Shown: piece after piece, positions 10,170-17,147 of the stretch
How positions within the stretch are numbered: position 1 is the stretch's first letter
Layout of the letters: the number at the start of each line of letters is the position of its first letter
Source of the DNA: a virus
Taxonomy: Duplodnaviria > Caudoviricetes
Direction: 5' to 3' (one strand)
DNA length: 47,142 bases
IMG/VR virus record: IMGVR_UViG_3300027790_000008
Span: 1 to 47,142 of that record
The notes under the pieces: model-generated
The model's database searches: none
Seen by the model: the letters and a program-made list of their open reading frames with translations, nothing else
What the model was told of the DNA's origin: nothing
Position numbers and translations under genes: made by a program

Positions 10170-10427
10170 ATGCTGAAGGAAATATTTGATGATGCGACCA
10201 GCAGCTTTGTGAGCTGGTCTGTCGTGGCAATCGGAGGCGGGTTTGTGTGGCTGATACGACGTGTTTTCACAAACCAGAAGCAAATCGAACTGTTGCAGCG
10301 TGATCTGAAATTGCGCGAAGAAACCAGGCAGCGGGATCGTGAAGATTTGCAAGAAGTGAAGGCTGACGTCAAGGAGCTGGGCCGCGACATCCGGCGCATT
10401 TTTGAAACGCATGGAGGGATGCAATGA
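10170..10427 (+). CDS. Small membrane protein (one TM plus coiled coil), holin/antiholin-like
   Basis: Hydrophobic FVSWSVVAIGGGFVWLI then charged heptads; directly upstream of the endolysin with an ATGA overlap. Confidence 0.55.
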   Translation: MLKEIFDDATSSFVSWSVVAIGGGFVWLIRRVFTNQKQIELLQRDLKLREETRQRDREDLQEVKADVKELGRDIRRIFETHGGMQ

Positions 10428-11191
10428 AACTCGCCAAAAACTGGCGGCGGAACTTGCTGCTGTCCTATACGGTATGGGCCTTTTACACGCTGGCCGCGCT
10501 CACTGTCGCGCCTGATCTGATTTACCTCTGGACCGGGATCGACACGAACCCGGCGGTCTGGTCGATCCTGAGCCTCGTGACAATCATCCTCGGGCTTTTC
10601 GGGCGGTTTGTCATCCAGACGCCCGAAGGCCGCTGGAGGCGCCGCTCTGTGGTCGGCCTGATTATCCTCGCAACAGCCTTTCTCGCATTCCCCGCGCTGG
10701 CGCAGACGACCGAACGGCAGACGATGGAAGTCGCCACGCCCCTTGTGATGAAATGGGAGGGGGAGAATAGATGCTCGGACGATCCGGCACTGAACTGTGC
10801 GTACCGGGATATTGTCGGGGTGCCGACGATCTGCTTTGGCGAGACGCAGGGCGTCAGGATCGGGGACCGGGCAACGGATGCCGAATGCCGCGCCATGCTT
10901 CAGCGCCGTCTTGCAGATGATTATCGCGCTGGCCTGCATCGGTATTTCACGGACGAGACCAGGCGCGCCCGGCTGACGCCAAAACGGGACGCGGCATATG
11001 TTTCACTGGCCTATAACGTGGGCATCCGCGGGGCTGGACGCTCCACCGCCACCCGCCGCCTGAACGCGGGCGATCTTGCCGGTGGCTGCAACGCTCTGAC
11101 GTGGTGGAACAAGGCTGGCGGGCGCGTCGTGCGCGGTCTGGTTCGAAGGCGCGCCGACGAGTATCGGCTTTGCATGGAGGGTCTTGGATGA
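10424..11191 (+). CDS. Endolysin (GH24 phage lysozyme) with N-terminal holin-like TM segments and a signal-like sequence
   Basis: WEG...AYRDIVGVPTICFGET catalytic E-D-T motif; SLAYNVG and GLVRRRADE; three hydrophobic segments before the catalytic domain. Confidence 0.9.
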   Translation: MKLAKNWRRNLLLSYTVWAFYTLAALTVAPDLIYLWTGIDTNPAVWSILSLVTIILGLFGRFVIQTPEGRWRRRSVVGLIILATAFLAFPALAQTTERQTMEVATPLVMKWEGENRCSDDPALNCAYRDIVGVPTICFGETQGVRIGDRATDAECRAMLQRRLADDYRAGLHRYFTDETRRARLTPKRDAAYVSLAYNVGIRGAGRSTATRRLNAGDLAGGCNALTWWNKAGGRVVRGLVRRRADEYRLCMEGLG

Positions 11192-11478
11192 TCCCGCTCA
11201 AATTGGCCCCCTGGCTGATCCTCGCCGCTCTTGCCCTAGCGGCTCTGACCGGCTGGCAGGGCTATCGGATGGGCTATTCGGCCAGCGAGAATGTGCAGCG
11301 TCAGAAGCTGCTCGATCAGATTGAGGCCGGGCGGAAATTGGAAGATGCCCGCCGCGTCATTGCGCAAGAGCGTGACCGGCTGGCACGAGAATTGGAGGGA
11401 GCGGCCTATGCGGACCCCGTGGTTGTCGAGCGTTGCCTTGGTGCTGGCCGGGTGCAGCGCCTCAACGCCATCCGTTAA
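11188..11478 (+). CDS. Inner-membrane spanin (Rz-like), 96 aa
   Basis: N-terminal TM then coiled coil; ATGA overlap with the lysozyme; overlaps a lipoprotein ORF. Confidence 0.75.
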   Translation: MIPLKLAPWLILAALALAALTGWQGYRMGYSASENVQRQKLLDQIEAGRKLEDARRVIAQERDRLARELEGAAYADPVVVERCLGAGRVQRLNAIR

Positions 11479-11632
11479 ATCAGCAGACCCTTGCGCCAAG
11501 CCGGTGGTGATCCCGGCGGATGGGGTGAGCGATCGGCAGGTTGAGGTGTTGTGGAGCCGGGATCGTCGCGCGCTGCTGGACTGTGGCGACAAGGTGGAAA
11601 CTCTGAGCGGCCGAAATGTCAGGCCACAATAA
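11408..11632 (+). CDS. Outer-membrane spanin lipoprotein (Rz1-like), 74 aa
   Basis: GGAGGGA RBS; MRTPWLSSVALVLAGC lipobox; starts inside the i-spanin in another frame. Confidence 0.75.
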   Translation: MRTPWLSSVALVLAGCSASTPSVKSADPCAKPVVIPADGVSDRQVEVLWSRDRRALLDCGDKVETLSGRNVRPQ

Positions 11633-11693
11633 CCCGGCCACGTCGCGCACCGGGAACTGACCAACGCGCGGCCAACCCCGAGGGGTAAACGAT

Positions 11694-11993
11694 ATGCGAT
11701 CCATTTTGGCTATTATGGCCCTTCTTTCGCCAACGCTAGCGGGCGCGCAATCGAACTGTATGGCGCGAGAGCTGGTCACTCAGGTGCTGATCGACCAATA
11801 CGGCGAAAGCATCACAGGCGAAGGGCTGGTCACAATGGGCGGCGTTCCGGCGATCTTGCAAGTTTGGTCCTCGCCCGAGACAGGCACGTTCTCTGTGGTT
11901 ATCACCCGCCCGGATGGCATAGCCTGTGTGGCGGCATCTGGTGAGAACTGGATTGCTGTCGAACCGCAGGGCGATCCCGGCGAGCCATCGTAA
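11694..11993 (+). CDS. Secreted/periplasmic hypothetical protein, 99 aa
   Basis: GAGGGG RBS; signal peptide MRSILAIMALLSPTLAGA; two Cys. Confidence 0.7.
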   Translation: MRSILAIMALLSPTLAGAQSNCMARELVTQVLIDQYGESITGEGLVTMGGVPAILQVWSSPETGTFSVVITRPDGIACVAASGENWIAVEPQGDPGEPS

Positions 11994-12087
11994 TCCGGGC
12001 CGCGCGGACCAGCGGCATTAGCAAAGGAAAGGCACGACCCAAGAGGTTCCCGAGTGGAGCCGTCCCGTCTGTCCCTAGACGTTTCTT

Positions 12088-12119
12088 GCCCCGCTGGCCC
12101 TATGGCTGGCGGGGCTTTT
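12088..12119 (+). terminator. Intrinsic terminator ending the late/lysis transcript
   Basis: GCCCCGCTGGCC-CTAT-GGCTGGCGGGGC followed by TTTT, between convergent genes. Confidence 0.75.
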
Positions 12120-12143
12120 GCGTTTGGGGGTAAGTGGACTGGT

Positions 12144-12338
12144 TCAGTAGGTGAATTTTCGGGCGTGTTTCTTGCCGCCTTCAATCGCGTCCTCGACTGT
12201 CTGGCAATTCTCGACGCCGCCGAGGTTCTGCCGCGTCACGCCGCACGAAACGCGAGCCTGAAAGGGGCCGCTGTTTTTGCTGTCGAACACCTGAACCCGG
12301 ATGCCTTGTGATTGCAGTTCGTCGTAGTGGGTCGCCAT
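12144..12338 (-). CDS. Left-array cassette L8, hypothetical protein, 64 aa
   Basis: GAAAGGAAA RBS within the junction repeat. Confidence 0.7.
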   Translation of the reverse strand: MATHYDELQSQGIRVQVFDSKNSGPFQARVSCGVTRQNLGGVENCQTVEDAIEGGKKHARKFTY

Positions 12339-12362
12339 GTGTTTTCCTTTCGGTGGGGGTTT

Positions 12363-13295
12363 TTAGGATTGACTGTCTAGGGCGCGAACCGCGTCAATTG
12401 CGGCGGTCCAGCCAAGACGGAATGAATCGGCATTCTGCGAAGGCGTATCAACGGGAAGGCCGTGCTTTGCCAGCGCCTCCTTCAATGCGTCATGGTTGTA
12501 TGCGGGCTTGTCGTGCAGGCTCATGTTTTTGCCTTTCGGGGGTTTTGCCGCGAGCGGGGCTGGATAACCGTCATGCACGACGCCATCCAGTTCCCGGCCC
12601 TTGGCCTTGATTTCGCGTTGGTTGCGGCCTTCCCATTGCTTGAACAGGAAAGGCACATCGGCGGCGGCACACTGGTCGCGCAGGCTGCGAAACCAGTCAG
12701 GATCAACAGGACGATAGGCGCTACCGTTTTCGCCCCCGGTAATGACCCATTCCAGCCCGTCGATATGATGCGATAGATCGACCGGGCCAAGCAGCGGCTC
12801 CATACTCAAGAAGTGAACCACGGCAGGCACGGCAGTCAGGTGCGCCAGCCGGTCGGCTTCTTTCTGGCTTTCGACGGTCGCCCCTAGCCACACGTTCGGA
12901 TAACCGTTGCCCCAATCCTTGGGCAGATAGCGCGCGATGTTCTGCGGGCGCTTTGTCAGCATGAGGAAATCGAGGTTCGGGCACTGCCGGATCAAGGCCC
13001 ACAATTCATGCCGCCAAGCGGTCAAGATGCTCTTATGGTTGTCGAACACGTCAGCCAGTGAAGCTACAAACACACGCGGGCGCTCGGCAGCGCCTTGAGC
13101 CTGCTTATTCCATTTGATCGGGTTGCCCCATGTCTTTGTGCGCGTCCTCGCTGCATGTGGCCCCCAACGCTCACCGCCGAAGCGGTTATCCCAAGCCTCT
13201 GCATAGCAGTGATCGCAAGCTGCGCTGACCTTTGTGCAGCCGATCCATGGGTTGAACGTATGGGTGGTCCATTCGATGCCACTGTTCTCGGCCAT
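12363..13295 (-). CDS. Phage Gp37/Gp68 (DUF5131-type, radical-SAM-like) protein L6, fused in frame to a 53-aa cassette L7 (12363-12524)
   Basis: IEWTTHTFNPWIGCTKVSAACDHCYA, VFVASLADVF, LTKRPQN, SMEPLLG, WVITGGE, FLFKQW and GRELDG motifs. Confidence 0.9.
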   Translation of the reverse strand: MAENSGIEWTTHTFNPWIGCTKVSAACDHCYAEAWDNRFGGERWGPHAARTRTKTWGNPIKWNKQAQGAAERPRVFVASLADVFDNHKSILTAWRHELWALIRQCPNLDFLMLTKRPQNIARYLPKDWGNGYPNVWLGATVESQKEADRLAHLTAVPAVVHFLSMEPLLGPVDLSHHIDGLEWVITGGENGSAYRPVDPDWFRSLRDQCAAADVPFLFKQWEGRNQREIKAKGRELDGVVHDGYPAPLAAKPPKGKNMSLHDKPAYNHDALKEALAKHGLPVDTPSQNADSFRLGWTAAIDAVRALDSQS

Positions 13296-13321
13296 GTGGT
13301 GCCCTCCGGGGATTGTTGGAT

Positions 13322-13651
13322 TCAGGAAAATTCTTCGCTGGCCCACTCATGCCAGTCGAAATCACAGCCGCACGACCATTTGGTGAACCAGCCACCCTTG
13401 CTGTCTGGCAGGTCCCCCATATCGTGTGGGGTCTCGTGGCAGTTGGGACACTCTGGCATTGAGACCGTGACCACCGTTCCCGGCGGGAAGGTTCGCGCGG
13501 AGAGCATAAGCGTCCCCTCGCGCCCGACTGGCCCGTCTCCGTCCATGTCGCCCTCCGCCGAACCCATCCAGCGGGGCTCGTGCCGGTCGCAGTTGGGTCC
13601 GGCGTAAACGTCAGGCGCGTGGCGCGCTCTCATGGTTTCGCGTAGCTGCAT
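13322..13651 (-). CDS. Left-array cassette L5, hypothetical Zn-ribbon protein, 109 aa
   Basis: CPNC...CGC; GGAGG RBS in the junction. Confidence 0.75.
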   Translation of the reverse strand: MQLRETMRARHAPDVYAGPNCDRHEPRWMGSAEGDMDGDGPVGREGTLMLSARTFPPGTVVTVSMPECPNCHETPHDMGDLPDSKGGWFTKWSCGCDFDWHEWASEEFS

Positions 13652-13667
13652 AGTGCCTCCGGGGTTT

Positions 13668-13898
13668 TCAGGACTGTTTGGTTAGAACTGCCGCTGCGGT
13701 TTCGAGAATTTTCTCACAAGCGGGATGCTTTGGCGTCCACGCGGCATCGGCTGATACCCGGTTTAGGGCGCTCTCTAGTTCGCGGATGCGAGCGTTGGCC
13801 ACGTCTGCGCGGACGTATTCGGTATAGCCTGATCGGCTGGGCTTGCGTCTAACCCAGTGATCGAGGTTGGCCCATATCCGCTCTGGTGTCTCTGACAT
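13668..13898 (-). CDS. Left-array cassette L4, hypothetical protein, 76 aa
   Basis: MSETPERIW...TEYVRAD motif common in small phage proteins; GGAGG RBS. Confidence 0.75.
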   Translation of the reverse strand: MSETPERIWANLDHWVRRKPSRSGYTEYVRADVANARIRELESALNRVSADAAWTPKHPACEKILETAAAVLTKQS

Positions 13899-13911
13899 AT
13901 CGGCCTCCGGG

Positions 13912-14163
13912 CTAGTTGGATTCAGCAGTTCCGTTTCTGACTTCATGCCATTCTACGGCTGTATCTGGCGTTTCGGCAGCTATCCAGTGGGTTCCGGCCC
14001 ATGCCTCAACATCGACGGGCAATCCGGCCATCGACCGATCAGCAAATTGGAAATGCCCGCCCGCACCGTACAAGGAATATCCTGTGTCCCATATCGCCAT
14101 TTGGACGCCAGCGACCCCCTTCAACTTGACGTAACAAATTTGCATGTCTTTTGGCGTTTTCAT
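13912..14163 (-). CDS. Left-array cassette L3, hypothetical protein, 83 aa
   Basis: ATG at 14163 after the junction RBS; ends ESN* inside the next junction. Confidence 0.7.
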   Translation of the reverse strand: MKTPKDMQICYVKLKGVAGVQMAIWDTGYSLYGAGGHFQFADRSMAGLPVDVEAWAGTHWIAAETPDTAVEWHEVRNGTAESN

Positions 14164-14180
14164 TCTAGGTGCCTCCGGGG

Positions 14181-14582
14181 TTAGTTGGATTCGGGTTTCG
14201 ACGGGATGTATTCTTGGTTCCGGCTGGCCTTGAATTGGAACCCGGTGAAAGTCAGGCCATGCTTGTCCTGCCACGCGTCCATTGTCTCGCGCACCATCTT
14301 TTCAAGGTCGGCGCGGAGTTCCGGTTTGATCGGAAAGATTTCGACGTCTCCCTCGGGGTCGCCGTGATCCTCGTAGGCGCGTTCTTCGGCTTCCTCTGCG
14401 AACATGTGGCCGTCAAAGTATCGGCTTATCTTGATATTGGCTGGCTTCATCGCCTCAACAATGTGGCCGCCGTCCTGTTCTTCGGATGCGATGTAGACCG
14501 CTTCCTCTCTGGTTTCGCATTCGGTGTGGTAGCGTTCATCGTCGTGGCCGACCCACCATTTCCAGTTCTCTTGTTCGCTCAT
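14181..14582 (-). CDS. Left-array cassette L2, acidic hypothetical protein, 133 aa
   Basis: GGAGG RBS; ends ESN* inside the junction. Confidence 0.8.
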   Translation of the reverse strand: MSEQENWKWWVGHDDERYHTECETREEAVYIASEEQDGGHIVEAMKPANIKISRYFDGHMFAEEAEERAYEDHGDPEGDVEIFPIKPELRADLEKMVRETMDAWQDKHGLTFTGFQFKASRNQEYIPSKPESN

Positions 14583-14603
14583 GTGGTATTCCTCCGGGGG
14601 TTT

Positions 14604-14951
14604 TTAGGACTGGTTCGCCAAGCGCAGCAAAGCGTCCGCATGGCAGGGTTTGTCGAGCGGGCACCAGCAAGCGAGGTCTTTGCCCGCCAACTCGTGCAGG
14701 CTTCGCCGAATAACTACCCGCTTTGCCGCCATGCTCTCACGGGTTTGCCCTTGTGGGATGCCCCAATCTTCGCCGCGCATCCACCCCGAGAAAGCGTCAA
14801 CGGCAGCCCCGCGCCCGTCTCCATAGCCAATCTCGGCGGCGGCGCGAAAGTCGAACGGGTTCCCCCACTTGCTAGGCCGCGCCACAATCACAGCGTCAGG
14901 GTGGTCTTTGCGCCACGGCTTCTGGCGGGTCATTTGAATGCGCTTTGGCAT
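14604..14951 (-). CDS. Left-array cassette L1, DUF4326-type protein, 115 aa
   Basis: VARPSKWGNPF...LAGKDLACWCPLDKPCHADALLRLAN signature. Confidence 0.85.
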   Translation of the reverse strand: MPKRIQMTRQKPWRKDHPDAVIVARPSKWGNPFDFRAAAEIGYGDGRGAAVDAFSGWMRGEDWGIPQGQTRESMAAKRVVIRRSLHELAGKDLACWCPLDKPCHADALLRLANQS

Positions 14952-15002
14952 GGTGCCTCCGGGGTAGTTGGATTGCGGCGCGGCATTGCGCCCTTGCACA
15001 CT

Positions 15003-15054
15003 AAATTACACCAGAAATTGGCGTATTGCAACCGCCAAGTTTTGGCGTTATGGT
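15003..15054. promoter_or_regulatory. Symmetric divergent sigma70-type promoters sharing a palindromic -35 TTGCAA
   Basis: TTGCAA at 15026-15031; 17 bp to TATGGT (15049-15054) rightward and 17 bp to TAATTT (complement of 15003-15008) leftward; TTGGCG/CGCCAA inverted repeats in the spacers. Confidence 0.7.
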
Positions 15055-15060
15055 GGCTGC

Positions 15061-15222
15061 ATGACATGGCAAGATTACCTCAGCAATAAAGAGCGCGCGG
15101 AACTTGAGCGGGCAGAGCGCAAGCGCGACGACGCGCGAGCGGAGTACAACGCTCTTAGGGTGAAGCTGAAAAGCCGCGCGGACAATCGCCGCAGGAAGGA
15201 GCGCGCCAGTGAAAAGGACTAG
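15061..15222 (+). CDS. Small basic coiled-coil protein, 53 aa, probably leaderless
   Basis: MTWQDYLSNKERAELERAE...; ATG 6 nt after the -10 box; no RBS. Confidence 0.65.
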   Translation: MTWQDYLSNKERAELERAERKRDDARAEYNALRVKLKSRADNRRRKERASEKD

Positions 15223-15772
15223 CCTCTATCGCCATTTTGACGCGAGCGGTAAGCTGCTCTATGTCGGCATCTCGGCCAGCTTCATGGCGAGGCTATGCCA
15301 GCATTCGTCCACGTCGCATTGGTATTGGCGTATCGCCAAGGTCGAGGTCGAGCATTTCAAGACGCGCGCTCATGCGCAGTATGCCGAAGCCTTGGCGATC
15401 CGCGATGAAGGGCCGCTTTACAACAAAGCGAAGCCAGTCCCTCGCAATCCTGACATTCCGATACCTAAGCTGGTGATGCCTCCCCCTGCGCCTGTCGTGC
15501 CTGACACACCGCGCAAGATCGGCTATATCTGCGCGGAAAGCCGGTTCGTGGGGCCGCAGTCGGTAGGCTTGCGTCATGTCGGTGTACCGGACGCCCTGAC
15601 CTTCGTTGACGTGCTTGAAGAAGTGGGCGACGAGCGCCCGATGCTCATTCGCATGGCAAAGACAGCGCAACATGCCGGAACGGAGGTCTATCACCTTCAT
15701 AGCTCCGCGATCCCGCAGGACTTGCGGGCTATCTTGGAGGGCCGTGGCGTGGTTATCAAATGCGCCGCCTAA
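15209..15772 (+). CDS. GIY-YIG nuclease-family domain fused to a degenerate resolvase-like domain, 187 aa
   Basis: SLYRHF...LLYVGIS...RLCQH...E..AI..E.PLYN; Pro-rich linker; KIGY...RPML...RGV C-terminal domain. Confidence 0.7.
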   Translation: MKRTSLYRHFDASGKLLYVGISASFMARLCQHSSTSHWYWRIAKVEVEHFKTRAHAQYAEALAIRDEGPLYNKAKPVPRNPDIPIPKLVMPPPAPVVPDTPRKIGYICAESRFVGPQSVGLRHVGVPDALTFVDVLEEVGDERPMLIRMAKTAQHAGTEVYHLHSSAIPQDLRAILEGRGVVIKCAA

Positions 15773-15845
15773 GCGAGTTCGCCCGGCGGCGAAACAATTT
15801 CAACGCTGCGCGTTCGCGCGGCAGGGTCTAAACAGGAGCGAGATT

Positions 15846-16070
15846 ATGGCGGGTTATGCGATCAGGTCAGTTTGCCCGTGCGGGTGGTGGTGCACGCCTG
15901 CCTTCGGTTCAGAGTTTTTTTCCCGCACCGACTTTCCGGTCTGCCCAAAATGCGGTGCTCCTGCGCGCGATCGGGAGCTTGTGTCAGCTCGCATCGTAAA
16001 GGTTGAGGGCCGCCCATGGTGGCGGTTTCCAGAATGGCGCCTCGAGCTGGCGCCGAGTGAATCCAGATAG
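15846..16070 (+). CDS. Right-array cassette R1, Zn-ribbon protein, 74 aa
   Basis: CPCG...CPKCG; AGGAG RBS; ends ESR* in the junction. Confidence 0.75.
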   Translation: MAGYAIRSVCPCGWWCTPAFGSEFFSRTDFPVCPKCGAPARDRELVSARIVKVEGRPWWRFPEWRLELAPSESR

Positions 16071-16080
16071 GAGCGAGGCG

Positions 16081-16173
16081 ATGCCAGTACCGAACCTGCA
16101 ACCGGGCGAATTCATTTGCCGCCACTGCTTCTTGCGGCGGCGGTTCGGGCCGGAAATCGAAATAGATTTTTGA
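16081..16173 (+). CDS. Right-array cassette R2, 30-aa peptide MPVPNLQPGEFICRHCFLRRRFGPEIEIDF
   Basis: Read by eye, below the ORF-track cutoff; fills the space between two junctions exactly. Confidence 0.65.
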   Translation: MPVPNLQPGEFICRHCFLRRRFGPEIEIDF

Positions 16174-16192
16174 TCCAGAAAAGGAGCAAGGC

Positions 16193-16429
16193 ATGGCGAA
16201 ATACCAAGGCGGATTGACAGAAGCCCCGGCAATTGGCGCGTATCTGCCGCAGCATTCGGACGGTCCCGCGCGGACGCCATGCCCTAGCTGCGACGGCATT
16301 GCGATTGTCGTTTGGCGACCGGGCGGTGCTTTTCAGCAGCGGACAGAATGCGCTTGCGGGCGAAAAACACGTTGGGTGATGTGCGGCCATGATGCTGAGC
16401 CTGATACAACCGACGACGAATCCAGATAG
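16193..16429 (+). CDS. Right-array cassette R3, Zn-ribbon protein, 78 aa
   Basis: CPSC...CACG; ends ESR* in the junction. Confidence 0.75.
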   Translation: MAKYQGGLTEAPAIGAYLPQHSDGPARTPCPSCDGIAIVVWRPGGAFQQRTECACGRKTRWVMCGHDAEPDTTDDESR

Positions 16430-16440
16430 GAGAGCAAGGT

Positions 16441-16590
16441 ATGGTTTGGGGAAAGTCAAAAGAGAATGTGATGCGTATTCTGCCGCGGGGCTTGCGGGGC
16501 AACGTGCGAGGCAAGTTTCTCTGCAAGGGGCATGACGCGCTTTACTGGCGCACTCGCTGGACCGAAGTCCGGCTTATGAAGTTTTGGTAG
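16441..16590 (+). CDS. Right-array cassette R4, basic 49-aa protein (MVWGKSKENVMRILPRG...MKFW)
   Basis: Read by eye; runs from junction to junction. Confidence 0.65.
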   Translation: MVWGKSKENVMRILPRGLRGNVRGKFLCKGHDALYWRTRWTEVRLMKFW

Positions 16591-16608
16591 TCTGAATAGG
16601 AGCGCGAC

Positions 16609-16860
16609 ATGGCTGAAACAGTGGAAATTGACATGCCCAAGGATGCGGCGGTGCGCGTTATGTGCCAAGACCTGCACAAGATGCGTGAAGGGCTGGCCGC
16701 GATGGGGCTGCACGCGCACATTCTCGATCAGGTGAGCGACAAGCTGAAAGAGCAGGCGCGTCAGATTGAGCATCACAGAGCGGATCGCGCCTACATCATC
16801 GGCCACAATGACGGGTGGGATGCGGCAATGGCTACCGGGCTTGCGGGCGACGTGGAATAG
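16609..16860 (+). CDS. Right-array cassette R5, hypothetical protein, 83 aa
   Basis: AGGAG RBS; stop TAG is part of the next junction. Confidence 0.75.
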   Translation: MAETVEIDMPKDAAVRVMCQDLHKMREGLAAMGLHAHILDQVSDKLKEQARQIEHHRADRAYIIGHNDGWDAAMATGLAGDVE

Positions 16861-16870
16861 GAGCGAGGTC

Positions 16871-17107
16871 ATGGACGATTTGAGGCCGGGCGCTGGTCTG
16901 CCAGAAATTGAGTTTCTGCCGATCCAATGCCCCAAGTGCGGGCGCACAGCGAATAGCGCGAGGGATGATCTAGACCCTCCGTCGGCAGTTCGTGCAGAGA
17001 TTTTATGCCCCGATTGCGTCGGTGGCGACTTCGGGACCACGACATATTTCGACGCGGAGGGCAGGGAGTTGGTGCCCGGTCCTGACGGAAGCGAAGAACC
17101 CAAATAG
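16871..17107 (+). CDS. Right-array cassette R6, Zn-finger protein, 78 aa
   Basis: CPKC...CPDC; stop TAG in the junction. Confidence 0.75.
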   Translation: MDDLRPGAGLPEIEFLPIQCPKCGRTANSARDDLDPPSAVRAEILCPDCVGGDFGTTTYFDAEGRELVPGPDGSEEPK

Positions 17108-17147
17108 GAGAAAACTATGCCAGAAATTCAAGCACCAAACACACCAC

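Larger units (their letters stand above)
12339..14975 (-). repeat. Eight dispersed left-array junction repeats (consensus TCCAACTA/TCCTAAAA-CCCCGGAGG-N3-8-ATG)
   Basis: Copies at ~12339-12370, 12525-12546, 13296-13326, 13652-13676, 13899-13923, 14164-14192, 14583-14612 and 14952-14975; the two most promoter-distal copies carry CCCC..CGAAAGG. Confidence 0.85.
15823..17116 (+). repeat. Seven dispersed right-array junction repeats (consensus TCCAGATAGGAGCGAG-N-ATG)
   Basis: Copies at ~15823-15845, 16059-16080, 16171-16192, 16418-16440, 16588-16608, 16850-16870 and 17096-17116. Confidence 0.85.

Noticed and set aside
12339-17116. CRISPR array or classical integron attC sites
   Set aside because: The repeats are degenerate, separated by whole genes of about 90-770 bp and non-palindromic; no cas genes, no GTTRRRY/RYYYAAC pairs and no IntI-type insertion seen in Int.
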